Shown here: positions 1 to 9,614 of the stretch, one piece after another
Numbering within the stretch: position 1 is the stretch's first letter
Layout of the letters: the number at the start of each line of letters is the position of its first letter
IMG/VR virus record: IMGVR_UViG_3300040801_002332
Coordinates: 1-36,225 of that record
DNA from: a virus
Direction: 5' to 3' (one strand)
DNA length: 36,225 bases
The notes under the pieces: model-generated
Seen by the model: the letters and a program-made list of their open reading frames with translations, nothing else
What the model was told of the DNA's origin: nothing
Databases searched by the model: none
Position numbers and translations under genes: made by a program

Positions 1-117
1 AATTTCAAGAACGAAAGTTCCGCCTCTGTTGATCTCTAGGTCTAATAATTGTGTATTGCGTCTCAGTGTCGCCATTAGTCACCTCTGTGAAGGGGAGGCT
101 CCTCTACGGGGCCTCCT
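1..117. repeat. Terminal direct repeat, copy 1 (identical to 36109..36225)
   Basis: Compared base by base: aatttcaagaacgaaagttcc...ctacggggcctcct occurs at both contig ends. Positions 1..75 duplicate the 5' end of the minus-strand gene 35821..36183. Confidence 0.95.
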
Positions 118-123
118 TGTGAG

Positions 124-405
124 TTATATTTTTGATCTCAGTGCAGATAGATCACGCTGAGCTACCTGATATGGTTCTGGAACGTCTGGTACTTCCGCTT
201 TTGGCTCCCTCCTCAGCCTCAATACGCCACCACAAACCTCACAATCATCAGGTCTACGAGGCTCTGTTAACACGATATAATCCTCTCCCTCGTTCAGCAC
301 GAGGGCGTCAAATGGGTTAACGTGCTCCTCCACGTTCAACGTATAAAGAGGTTTGTCAGTATCTACATCAAACACCAGTATGTTGTTGATTATGCTGCCG
401 TCCAT
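124..405 (-). CDS. Hypothetical protein (93 aa) downstream of the tail-tip gene
   Basis: The ATG at 405 overlaps the J-like stop (TAATG), suggesting translational coupling. Contains a CEVC pair. No family recognised. Confidence 0.5.
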   Translation of the reverse strand: MDGSIINNILVFDVDTDKPLYTLNVEEHVNPFDALVLNEGEDYIVLTEPRRPDDCEVCGGVLRLRREPKAEVPDVPEPYQVAQRDLSALRSKI

Positions 406-3400
406 TATCTATTTGTCTCCAAAAACTCAATACGTATGTTCCTGAAATCCGCTCCAAATCCAGTACCGGCAGGTCCTAGCTGGCCGTATGACATATATAG
501 TAGAACCCTATACTGCCCTCCAGGTGCCACAACCCCTGGTTTGAATTTGTTTTGTATTCGCAGTTCGGATGTGTAGTCCTGAATAGTGCTGGCTGCCCCG
601 CCTGCTCCACTACCTACACCGATAACATACGGCCTGTGCCCGCCGGAACTCCAGAGTTCATCATATACGGCTGTCCACGTAGAACCTACCAACACCTGGA
701 ACCTCTGCCACCACCGTATTACTATATAGGACCCACTCGCGCCTGAGCGCACATTACCCACATCAACCATCACTTTAGGCAGTACCCTGACATTCACACC
801 CAAATCCTGACTGGCGACAGTCCTGTTTTTCACTAAATGCCACGTTTCGGCGGCCAGACCGCTAGTTTGATCAAAAATGTAATCAGTCTCCTCGAATGAT
901 AAATAACGTGTTATACCCCCAGGTGTTATTTTCTGAGGCCCTGTGCTAGCATTAGACAGGTACAAATCGCCGTCTATCAGAACGTTACCTTGGAACATTG
1001 TATCAAACGTCACCTGATCCATAGGTGGCATATACTCAATGCTGGCATTATCAAACCATGCTGCTCGTGTAGAACTGCCGCCGGGCATTGCACTCCAGGA
1101 AGCCATTAGATAAAAATCGTACCCGTATATCTGTTCTCCCTCATTTGGCGCAAATGTAAATACTATTTTGTGGTATTCGAGTGCCTCGCTCAGTGCTGGT
1201 ACACGTACAGTTTTAACCCGCGGTTGAGTGAGCGCTGCGTCAGCGTAGAGTACAACATATACACCTGGGTACCCCACACCAGATGATCCATACCTGGCAT
1301 CAACACTGAATTTCAGCACTGTGCCTGTAGGTAGCGGCGATGTATATCTAGCTGTGCTGAGTATTCCGTGGTTAGTGCTAGCAGCACGGGGAGCAAAATA
1401 CGCAGCATTTTTTCCTGGCCCGCTTGTTGTAGTGTTTTTGGCAGCGGTTCCCGCCCAGGGAGACCATCCGTCAGGTAAAGCGGAATCCCATTTCTCAAAC
1501 GATGGGTTGGGTAGGATATTCTGGCTGGGCGAGTAAATATCCTCCACAGGCACGTTACTTAGGTTATTATTCCAGTCAGCACCTACAGTCGCTCCGTCCT
1601 CTGGCACACCACTACCCGTCACCTCTTGCCAGTTCACCCCGCCGGCATTTAGTATGACGTTCCCTGTTGTGTTGTTGTAGACCCTCAAAGCGCCGTATAT
1701 ATCAACGTTGCCTAATTTATCTAGTTTCCATACTGGGTTCCCTCCAAAACCTGTTGTCGCTGATTGAATCACGTTACCAATCAGGGCGTTATTGATAGCG
1801 CCGTTGGCTATATACGTACCAGCAGTGCTGGGTGTTATCTGCCCTCCAATATTCACCCCGAAATAAGCGCCAACAGTAGCACCGTTTTCTGGTTTGTTAG
1901 TGCCAAAAACGTTATTGAAATCAATACCCGCAGTGCTGACGATAGAGTTACCATTAGTATCATATATCTGCAATCCGGTGCCTCGTATGATACCATTAGC
2001 GAAATCCAGCTGAATGCCCTGTTTCGTGACCGGGTTGTAATTATCACTCTCTAGTGTGTTAGCGATATTACCTCTATCTACCGTGATATTGTTAGCGAAT
2101 AGCGACTGAAACACACCAGTGTTTATATTAGCAGTGTTTGTGATAATCTGATTAGCGCCTACAGTCCTGGCGTTGATAACATTCGACGAAAGATGGTCGT
2201 TTATGATAGTCAAGGCCCGCAACTCGAGCACGTTACCAGTTCCTAGTTGGAAATTACCTGCCTCCAATTCTCTAGTATAGAGCCTGTCTAGCGATAACCT
2301 ACCGTTGCCATGCACCTCCTGTATGAGTTGGCCGCCATTTGTGTGCCTCACCAGTATAACTACAGGTTTAGCGCTGACTGGCTGCCACTGATACGAAAAC
2401 TGTATACCTAGTTGTGGGTTATCTGTATCGAAATACGCATTAACCCGTCCGGCCTGCGTGTGTACCCATGACCCTGCCGCGACAGGCCAGGAACTTGTAG
2501 CGCCCGTCCTATTATCCCTCCTCGTTATAAATCCTACAGTCCATGACAACGTAGTTCCAGCGGTGTTAGTGCTGAAAACTATATCGTAGGAACCGAGAGA
2601 GTAATCCTCTAATCTATCTTCCTCGATGGCGTCCAGAATTTCCTGCTCGCTAGGAATATCGTAGCTGAGGCTGGTCTCTGTATACACTGAGCCTAAAGTG
2701 CCTGACTTACTTTCAAGCCCAAATGTGTCAATGGCTTTCGCCCTGATGTACCAGGTGCCAGCGGTTGCTGGGACGCTGAACCGTTTATCCGTACCCTCAA
2801 AAACTAGGTTGCCTGCCGTTTGGGCTGGTGGATTAGTGGTGCTGGCCCATACCTGGTACAGCGCTATATCCCTATCAGTAGTGTCGTTTATGAATACATC
2901 AATACGATCAAAATGAGCAAACGTTGTCAGCGATGGCGCAGCAGGCATATCATTTCTAAACGCCCCGCTATGCACACTAGACAACCTACCAAACGTGTCG
3001 ATAGAACGTATAAAAATCGACACATCTCTTTCGGGAACGCCATTATGATCACTAACGTTCATTGCGTAACTATATATAAACTCCCTCCCTGTCACTCTAT
3101 ACGAGTTAGTAGGGTTAGAGTCACTATCTATACGCACCAGAAACCCAGCAGGTTCAGGAAACGCATCATAGCCATACTCCCACACGACAGCTAAATCAGG
3201 ACCGTAGAATTTGAACCTATCGGAATCACCTAGCCCCGCTCCTTTACGTCTCCTGTTTGTGGGCGAGCCTACGGACGTAGATAATACGCCGCCACTGCTG
3301 TTTAGTGAGTATGTTGCTACTGTTTTAGGGCTACTGACATTACGCCAGTTAACCGCCACGATATGGAACTCGTAGAGGCCATCTTTGGAGGCCGGAATGG

Positions 3401-5474
3401 TTACCTCATTGTTTACAAGGTCAGGTAGTGCGTATGTAGTGCCATTAACTTTGTAGTATGCTTTCCATGTTTTTATTTTCTCCTGAATTGGGTTAACCCA
3501 AGTAACAACAAGCTCCCTAATCGCGACACCCTCTATTACAGAACCAACCTCTCTGAACGTCACACCAATAGGCGCTGCTGTTTCTAGTGATGATAGGTCT
3601 GTATATAACTCAGGCTCACCTGCCACGCCGCCATCTATAACAGTGAATTTATCCTCATCATGCTGCACACATGTGATATTGAATATATGAGGCTCGGACT
3701 CCTGCACTCCAACCACTCGGAACTGACGTCCTTTAATGGCCCCTTCTATAACCCAAATGGATCCTTCAACAGGTTTTCCGTTGATACGGCTGAACTCTAC
3801 GCGCCTGGCGGATGGGATAGCTGTTATGGATCTAGATACGACTCCACCACTGGGGAACGTAAATATGATTGTGTCGCCTACTTCAGCGTCAGTGTCCCTG
3901 TCGAGAATGGCGTAGGTGTGCCCAAATTCCTCAGCCAACCTCCCCTGGGATGCTTTCCCCATGAATGAGTCATCGACGACTAGGATGATGTCACCGGCAG
4001 TCATCAACACTTTCTCAAACGACACAGCAAACGAGCACATATTAATTTCTCGTTGACTGGTCTCTAGCATATAGAGTGCATAACGTGTTGCTTCAGCCTC
4101 GTTATCTATGCCGAGGCCGTCCAGGTGGATGTGATTATAGCCGAACTTCTCTAATTGTGCTGGCGTGCCCTCTACGCCTACAATCCGGCGCTCGTAGCCC
4201 CTGCTCGCGTCTCGGTACTCAACTGTTACATGAGTGAGCCTGTTAGCTATTTCTGATTGCGAGTACTGAAACATGCCATCTATAACACTGGAATTACTCA
4301 CTACGGAAACGACGCTAGCTGGCCGATCCTGCACTAGAGTTATCAATCCTCCTACAGTCACGAGCGAGCATTTACTAGCGGCCAGTAGTTTGCTCAGCAG
4401 TTCAATAGGTTTACTATTCTCGGTTATAGCTATGTTACAGGTGTGGCGTTTGTTCCCATCTATCTTCAGGACACTGTTGTACTCACTCGCATTATAGAAT
4501 GAGACGTCATCAATCATCGATGGGCTGATACCCATTGAGTAATCAATGTTGTCATTCTCGCCAGTTGCAGCGTTAAAAACACTGGCCAGTTCTGGATGAT
4601 TTATCAGTAAATCCCTAACAATCCATGCCGGGTCGCTAGTGATGGCGCTCTTCCATGTACCGTCCCACTCGCCGCTGTACCAGCCACCCTCGGGTAAAAA
4701 ATTAGCAGGTACATCTACATACATACCCGCCAGCTCAAACTCAATAGAGTTGATGCTAGAGGACACGCTCTCGGCAGGGATACTAGTAGAGACAAGCGCC
4801 CGATGAGGATACGCTAACTGCACTTCCTGGATTTCGATAATCCGCTGAAAAAACAGGTCAAACTCATATTGGAGGTCAGAACCTGGCGAACTGTCAGGAC
4901 TGATACGAACTACGCGCACCTTCCAATCCTCTGCGCCTGTATGTCTAGCGTCTCGCTGTATGCGATAGCCTTTAGACCACCCCGCGCTGTTTTTCTCATT
5001 CAGAGTTACGGTTTTTGCGTCTACCCACGTTTTTGCACTATCTACCCACGTTTGTATCTTATAGCTCAGCTCAACCGATCTAACGTCGCCGCTGCGATCC
5101 TGCCTTACTAAACTAGACCCGCCTACGATCACCCTAGCCGCGTCCTTGTCGCTTGCTAGTATGCGCTCTACAGGCGTTGACTGAGTGACTTGCTGATTAA
5201 CACTGATGCTAGTCGTAGTATCTACAAAACCAGGGATAACAGTCTGATCGCTAGTACCGTTACGGGAATCGATGAGTATGTTTTCGAAATTGTCCTGTCC
5301 CTGGCTGTTCTCTAGGGGAGTACCGTTGATGAATACCGATTTGTTGCCGTCATATAAGCCGCCAATCTCGCCCATGCTAACTAAATGCAGTAGTTTAGCC
5401 GTTTGATTTACCGCAAGCGTGTCATCATCAGTCTCAGGACCAGAAGCACCGCCACCCTCAAATTTGATATTCAT
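405..5474 (-). CDS. Tail tip / host-specificity protein, lambda J-like, extended (1689 aa)
   Basis: The N-terminus (MNIKFEGGGASG...LLHLVSMGEIGGLYDG...FINGTPLEN) resembles the conserved start of J-family proteins. It follows M-L-K-I-like genes in lambda order and has an ATGA overlap with the I-like gene. The C-terminal ~370 aa look like two jelly-roll/CBM-like domains. Confidence 0.9.
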   Translation of the reverse strand: MNIKFEGGGASGPETDDDTLAVNQTAKLLHLVSMGEIGGLYDGNKSVFINGTPLENSQGQDNFENILIDSRNGTSDQTVIPGFVDTTTSISVNQQVTQSTPVERILASDKDAARVIVGGSSLVRQDRSGDVRSVELSYKIQTWVDSAKTWVDAKTVTLNEKNSAGWSKGYRIQRDARHTGAEDWKVRVVRISPDSSPGSDLQYEFDLFFQRIIEIQEVQLAYPHRALVSTSIPAESVSSSINSIEFELAGMYVDVPANFLPEGGWYSGEWDGTWKSAITSDPAWIVRDLLINHPELASVFNAATGENDNIDYSMGISPSMIDDVSFYNASEYNSVLKIDGNKRHTCNIAITENSKPIELLSKLLAASKCSLVTVGGLITLVQDRPASVVSVVSNSSVIDGMFQYSQSEIANRLTHVTVEYRDASRGYERRIVGVEGTPAQLEKFGYNHIHLDGLGIDNEAEATRYALYMLETSQREINMCSFAVSFEKVLMTAGDIILVVDDSFMGKASQGRLAEEFGHTYAILDRDTDAEVGDTIIFTFPSGGVVSRSITAIPSARRVEFSRINGKPVEGSIWVIEGAIKGRQFRVVGVQESEPHIFNITCVQHDEDKFTVIDGGVAGEPELYTDLSSLETAAPIGVTFREVGSVIEGVAIRELVVTWVNPIQEKIKTWKAYYKVNGTTYALPDLVNNEVTIPASKDGLYEFHIVAVNWRNVSSPKTVATYSLNSSGGVLSTSVGSPTNRRRKGAGLGDSDRFKFYGPDLAVVWEYGYDAFPEPAGFLVRIDSDSNPTNSYRVTGREFIYSYAMNVSDHNGVPERDVSIFIRSIDTFGRLSSVHSGAFRNDMPAAPSLTTFAHFDRIDVFINDTTDRDIALYQVWASTTNPPAQTAGNLVFEGTDKRFSVPATAGTWYIRAKAIDTFGLESKSGTLGSVYTETSLSYDIPSEQEILDAIEEDRLEDYSLGSYDIVFSTNTAGTTLSWTVGFITRRDNRTGATSSWPVAAGSWVHTQAGRVNAYFDTDNPQLGIQFSYQWQPVSAKPVVILVRHTNGGQLIQEVHGNGRLSLDRLYTRELEAGNFQLGTGNVLELRALTIINDHLSSNVINARTVGANQIITNTANINTGVFQSLFANNITVDRGNIANTLESDNYNPVTKQGIQLDFANGIIRGTGLQIYDTNGNSIVSTAGIDFNNVFGTNKPENGATVGAYFGVNIGGQITPSTAGTYIANGAINNALIGNVIQSATTGFGGNPVWKLDKLGNVDIYGALRVYNNTTGNVILNAGGVNWQEVTGSGVPEDGATVGADWNNNLSNVPVEDIYSPSQNILPNPSFEKWDSALPDGWSPWAGTAAKNTTTSGPGKNAAYFAPRAASTNHGILSTARYTSPLPTGTVLKFSVDARYGSSGVGYPGVYVVLYADAALTQPRVKTVRVPALSEALEYHKIVFTFAPNEGEQIYGYDFYLMASWSAMPGGSSTRAAWFDNASIEYMPPMDQVTFDTMFQGNVLIDGDLYLSNASTGPQKITPGGITRYLSFEETDYIFDQTSGLAAETWHLVKNRTVASQDLGVNVRVLPKVMVDVGNVRSGASGSYIVIRWWQRFQVLVGSTWTAVYDELWSSGGHRPYVIGVGSGAGGAASTIQDYTSELRIQNKFKPGVVAPGGQYRVLLYMSYGQLGPAGTGFGADFRNIRIEFLETNR

Positions 5475-6046
5475 AACGTTTCCTCGATTTCCACGTCGGC
5501 AGCTATAACAGATGAGCCTGTCCGCACTCTAAATCCATACACCAGTGGAACAGCAGCCCCGGCTTTAGTAGAGTTAATATTCCCGTTCAATATATTGGAT
5601 TTTGCCGCAGCGCCTACGTCGCCCGGCTCTACGCTAGGAGCTAGCATCTGACCTATACCACTGATTGCGAATGACACCCCCATCGTTACAGCAATACCGG
5701 GTAATCCGCCACCGCCTGCAAATGCTGCCGCAAATCCGAAACCTGCGCCACCTGTAGCAAAACCTACGGCTATCAGAGCCGCTCCTGCTATCGCTAGGCC
5801 AGCGCCACGCCCTTTCATTCTCACAACTGGAGTGATGTGAATATCCCTATCGGTACCGCTCAGTAGATCATTCTCGTTGATAGCGCTATCGCCGTAGCGT
5901 ACTGAGTAGTACCCGTCAGCCCGAATAGCTGCCATGAAACCATCGTGCTTGCTACGTAGGTATCGGATGGCTTTCGCCGCACTGCCAGCCTGGAAGTTAT
6001 GCTCGCTCCCGAACTGGGAGCCTAGCTTTCCGTGTAGATATATCAT
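5471..6046 (-). CDS. Tail assembly protein, lambda I-like (191 aa)
   Basis: Gly/Ala-rich hydrophobic core (GGAGFGFAAAFAGGGGLPGIAV) and a C-terminal ...AAVPLVYGFRVRTG motif typical of gpI-like proteins. The ATG at 6046 forms an ATGA overlap with the K-like stop. The track's 6160 start is a TTG buried in the upstream gene. Confidence 0.8.
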   Translation of the reverse strand: MIYLHGKLGSQFGSEHNFQAGSAAKAIRYLRSKHDGFMAAIRADGYYSVRYGDSAINENDLLSGTDRDIHITPVVRMKGRGAGLAIAGAALIAVGFATGGAGFGFAAAFAGGGGLPGIAVTMGVSFAISGIGQMLAPSVEPGDVGAAAKSNILNGNINSTKAGAAVPLVYGFRVRTGSSVIAADVEIEETL

Positions 6047-6720
6047 TGTAGCCTCAATATGTGAGTGATGCGATTCCGGTATTTTGCATATGAGTCTACG
6101 CCGCTCAGGCGTCCCGGTAGGTGATGTAACAGTTTGTTTTGCCCTAGGTACGCGCCGCAATGGTTAGGGTTTTTTGCCTCAATGCGCATAAGAATCATAT
6201 CGCCAGGTTCTGGCTTATCAACCTCGATAAACCCTAGCCTTTCGTAGTTATCCATGAATATAGACTCGCCGCGCATGAACCAATCAGGGTGTCTGGCGAC
6301 ATTATCGACGTATCGCCCGTTACTGATTAGATAATCCCTGTAAAGTTCCCAACAATCGTAAACGTTATGTACGAACCGCCTACCCTCCAGAGGTTCCATG
6401 CTGGTACTATTAACTAATACCGGATTACCTACGTTCTCCCCGTCACAATGATAAATCAACCCCTCAACATCCAACGCGAACAACGTTTCTAGATCGGCCT
6501 TGCTTGGCGCTCTAGGGTCGATACTGTGTTTAGGTGTGTGAGTGTGGCTATGCACTATAGCTACTATGCTATTGTAATCCCACAGCACTGATTCGTCGAA
6601 CTCATAACAGTTGCGTTTATCCGTAGCCGTGTTTTCAATAGGGATAAAACTATCGTCTGATAGCAGGAAACCGCCAGCCTCATTAGGGAACCGGCTCAGT
6701 AGGTAGGATTCGATATTCAT
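6043..6720 (-). CDS. Tail assembly protein, lambda K-like (MPN/JAMM + NlpC/P60-like)
   Basis: JAMM-like HSHTH...PSKAD motif in the N-terminal half and a Cys/His NlpC-P60-like C-terminal half (NPNHCGAYLG...HH). Sits between the L-like and I-like genes, with ATGA overlaps on both sides. Confidence 0.85.
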   Translation of the reverse strand: MNIESYLLSRFPNEAGGFLLSDDSFIPIENTATDKRNCYEFDESVLWDYNSIVAIVHSHTHTPKHSIDPRAPSKADLETLFALDVEGLIYHCDGENVGNPVLVNSTSMEPLEGRRFVHNVYDCWELYRDYLISNGRYVDNVARHPDWFMRGESIFMDNYERLGFIEVDKPEPGDMILMRIEAKNPNHCGAYLGQNKLLHHLPGRLSGVDSYAKYRNRITHILRLQ

Positions 6721-7208
6721 ATAGATGACAGACCTCGTAGACCTGGGAATTGGGATTGGTATAATCTATTACGTGGCAGCGTATTCTGGTTTATGTCTGT
6801 GGCACTAGCTAGCTGTAGAACGGCCTCCACTTTATTCAATGACCGTACAGCACTAACAATGAATACCTCGACTGGTAGTATTTCGCTAGGAGTGGCCAAA
6901 TCCTCCAAAAACGTCCTTGTTCTTTTCAGTGTCGAGCCAACTATATCGCCAGACGCAAGCGCAGAAAACAGGAATTTGTTTAGTTGACTGAACACTAATG
7001 TAGGGCGCGTAGGTTGTGTGGTGGATACCAGCACGTCTCTCAACTCACACGGCAATGGCGTATAATCATTACCGTCAAATGATATAAATCCACCACTAGC
7101 GTCCGTGCCATTAGTGAACCTGAATATGTTTGTACCGTCATTCAATTCAAACAACTGAATGAATGGGCCCATGTTGGATTCCTGTATGTGAGTTTCGATA
7201 TTAGCCAT
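6717..7208 (-). CDS. Minor tail protein, lambda L-like
   Basis: 163 aa in the position between the M-like and K-like genes. The N-terminal ...IQLFELN....FRFTNG pattern is typical of gpL-like proteins. TAATG/ATGA coupling to neighbours. Confidence 0.8.
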   Translation of the reverse strand: MANIETHIQESNMGPFIQLFELNDGTNIFRFTNGTDASGGFISFDGNDYTPLPCELRDVLVSTTQPTRPTLVFSQLNKFLFSALASGDIVGSTLKRTRTFLEDLATPSEILPVEVFIVSAVRSLNKVEAVLQLASATDINQNTLPRNRLYQSQFPGLRGLSSI

Positions 7209-7528
7209 TAGAATTTCTCTGATATGCTCGCCGTGATTGTTATCAGGACGCCCTGCCCCTCGCTAGTGCTGTAACTGTCGAGGAACCACGAGCGACCCTT
7301 CCATGTCAGGAACGACGATAGGGAATCCATCAAATCAGATTCCACCTCGTCCGCTATGCTAGGAATTAGATTGTTCCATGATATAGCGTAGGTCATCCTC
7401 ACAGCATTGAGGCCATTCAGCGCTCGCTGTTCGTAGCCATCCCCGTACTGAGCACGTAGCCAATTGATTTGCGGGGTCTTGGTGGCCCCTTGGCTTATCC
7501 TGTTCGCGTGTGGCATCTGTACAGCCAT
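7208..7528 (-). CDS. Minor tail protein, lambda M-like
   Basis: 106 aa immediately after the tape measure gene, as in lambda. Assignment rests mostly on synteny. Confidence 0.65.
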   Translation of the reverse strand: MAVQMPHANRISQGATKTPQINWLRAQYGDGYEQRALNGLNAVRMTYAISWNNLIPSIADEVESDLMDSLSSFLTWKGRSWFLDSYSTSEGQGVLITITASISEKF

Positions 7529-7529
7529 T

Positions 7530-9614
7530 CTAATATCCTCTATTTGTGTTGTAACGCTGCTCAGCCAGTTGTCGTTTTACTGCCATATCAACGGCCATCC
7601 GTATTTGCTGAATGCTGTTGCGATCAGTCTGCTCATTACCGCTAGCATGGAACGTAATGTTGTTATTGACGACCGCTGTGTTACCGCCGCCACCAGCGCC
7701 CGCAACGCCTAGTTTACCGTTCTTACCTCGTTTTAATGGTAGGATAGCCTCTGGGCCAGACTCCCCCGCAACGCCACGCCCACCGGCCATAGGGAACTGC
7801 ATAGGGTTAGTTAGAACGCCACCATTAGCGAACGCTGTAGTGCCTCCCAGCGCCGTTGATAAGAAACCGCCTGCAGGACCACCTATACCGGAAACGGCTT
7901 TGAGTAGGGCTGCTTTGGCTATCATACGCCCTATGTCAGCTATAAAGCTTGCCGCGAACTCTTTCATATTCTGCTTTTGGCCAGAAAAAAAACCCTCGAA
8001 AGCGCTGCCTAATCTACCTACCGCTGTTTGCCCGACGCGCTCTAGGAGGCTCATTGGCTCCTCGACACTGGTAACCATATCCTCAGCTAGTCGTTTCAGC
8101 GCCTCAGCGGCCTCAACGTGGATCGCTGTGACACGCTCTGCGAATGCCTGCGACATGGCCTCAGTAAGCCCAAAACGCTCTTTAATTGCCTGCTTTTCCT
8201 GCTCTAACGCATCTAGCCGTATCTGCAAATTAGCCTGTATCTGTAGCTGCTCATCCTCCAGACTGTTAGCGTTTAACTGCCTAGTGAACATAACAAAATC
8301 ACGTAGATACTCCTTCCTATCCTTCAGCATCGCCCTGTATTGCTCTTGGGCGCGCGTATCAGCCTGAGTCTGTAATGGTGGTTCTGGTGTGTCCCCGTCA
8401 CCACCGTCGTTAGTGCTTGGTTGTACTGGTACCCTATCGCCAGCGACCTGTATAGGTGGTAACTCGATTGGCTGTCTGTAGCGCTTGTTTGCGGGCTGGC
8501 CTGCACCTGCCTCAGACGTTGAACCGTCAACTATAACGCCACCACTGGTAGAACCATCGATGCCCGACTCTTTACCCCTACCAAATACCCTATCTATGTC
8601 GTTAAAAAACCCCTGCTTTAGGTGCTCAAACAACCCTAGTTCTTTGACTGAGTTGTATTGATTCATGAGGCCCGTCAGCCCTTCCTGAGCCGCTTTGACT
8701 AGGTCTATTACTGTTTTTACGTCGTTAATCAGAGGCGTTAGCCCGCTAACAGCCGTTTTCATACCCCTAGCAAAACTCACCGCCCCACCAGCTACGTCCT
8801 CCAGCGCATCGTACAGATTAGGTACTAGATCGTCGTTCTCTAACAACCTAGTCATAAAATCAGTAATATGAGGAATCAGTTCGACGCCTAGCTTCCTGGA
8901 TAGGTTTGTCCCTACTGTGGTCAGGTTTAACCATGCGTCTGCATATCCCTCTGTCCGCCTTATCTCCTCCTCTGTGAATATGAAACCTAGTCGCTGGCCT
9001 TCCCTTACTACATCCCTGACGCCTTCAGTACCTTTAGCGAGTAGAGGTAGAATCCTCTTGCCGTACGTATCACCCAATAGCTGTGTCGCTATCGCTGATC
9101 GCCTAGCCGGTTCCTCAATAGCCGCGATGGCTTCTATAACAGTAGTTAGCGCGTCATCCCCGTTCTCTGTTGCTGATAGCAGGTCTTTAGCAGACAAGCC
9201 TAGTGTCTCATATCCGGCGGCGGCAAGCCCGCTTCCATCAGCAGCTCTACCCAAGCGTTTGTTGAATGCTAGCACCGCTTTATCAGTCTGCTCTATAGAT
9301 ATACCAGCTCTCTCACCAGCATAGCGCATAGCCTGTAATGCCTCAATGGATATATTAGCACTGTCCGCTGTTTTAGCTAGTGTGTCTCCCCAGGTTGCTG
9401 TTTTGCTGATCACTGTTGTTAAGGCTGCGGACAATGAGCCGATGCCGGCAGCAGCAGCTATACTAGCAACGTTAAACCCGCCAAAATACTTCTTTATGCC
9501 CCTAGCGCTGTTTGCTACGCGCCCCATACTCCCACTAAGCCCGCGTAGCCCTCTGTCGGCAGTCGCTATGCCGCGCGAATCAACATCGAAATTCAATCTA
9601 ATTGTTCTAGCCAT
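7530..9614 (-). CDS. Tail tape measure protein (694 aa)
   Basis: Long, Ala/Gly/Leu-rich and largely helical. It lies directly downstream of the frameshifted chaperone pair. At about 0.15 nm per residue it predicts a tail of roughly 100 nm (inference). Confidence 0.85.
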   Translation of the reverse strand: MARTIRLNFDVDSRGIATADRGLRGLSGSMGRVANSARGIKKYFGGFNVASIAAAAGIGSLSAALTTVISKTATWGDTLAKTADSANISIEALQAMRYAGERAGISIEQTDKAVLAFNKRLGRAADGSGLAAAGYETLGLSAKDLLSATENGDDALTTVIEAIAAIEEPARRSAIATQLLGDTYGKRILPLLAKGTEGVRDVVREGQRLGFIFTEEEIRRTEGYADAWLNLTTVGTNLSRKLGVELIPHITDFMTRLLENDDLVPNLYDALEDVAGGAVSFARGMKTAVSGLTPLINDVKTVIDLVKAAQEGLTGLMNQYNSVKELGLFEHLKQGFFNDIDRVFGRGKESGIDGSTSGGVIVDGSTSEAGAGQPANKRYRQPIELPPIQVAGDRVPVQPSTNDGGDGDTPEPPLQTQADTRAQEQYRAMLKDRKEYLRDFVMFTRQLNANSLEDEQLQIQANLQIRLDALEQEKQAIKERFGLTEAMSQAFAERVTAIHVEAAEALKRLAEDMVTSVEEPMSLLERVGQTAVGRLGSAFEGFFSGQKQNMKEFAASFIADIGRMIAKAALLKAVSGIGGPAGGFLSTALGGTTAFANGGVLTNPMQFPMAGGRGVAGESGPEAILPLKRGKNGKLGVAGAGGGGNTAVVNNNITFHASGNEQTDRNSIQQIRMAVDMAVKRQLAEQRYNTNRGY

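Noticed and set aside
405-5474. Diversity-generating retroelement or other targeted hypervariation in the tip protein, given the repeated PE(N/D)GATVGA segments.
   Set aside because: There is no reverse transcriptase anywhere in the genome and no template/variable repeat pair at the nucleotide level. The repeats are short protein motifs.
5471-6160. Longer ORF-track gene models starting at TTG or GTG: 6160, 23832, 11559, 11140 and 25283.
   Set aside because: In each case an internal ATG forms an ATGA overlap with the upstream stop or has a proper GAGG-type RBS. The longer forms begin at non-ATG codons buried in the preceding gene or in the RBS itself.
7612-8367. 251-aa plus-strand ORF inside the tape measure gene. 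Similar antisense ORFs lie at 8917..9324, 12825..13301, 14098..14457, 16255..16629, 29440..29934 and 35444..35788.
   Set aside because: These are shadow ORFs opposite strongly supported minus-strand genes. Their compositions are low-complexity and rich in Ser, Leu, Pro, Ala or Cys. They lack RBSs or operon context.
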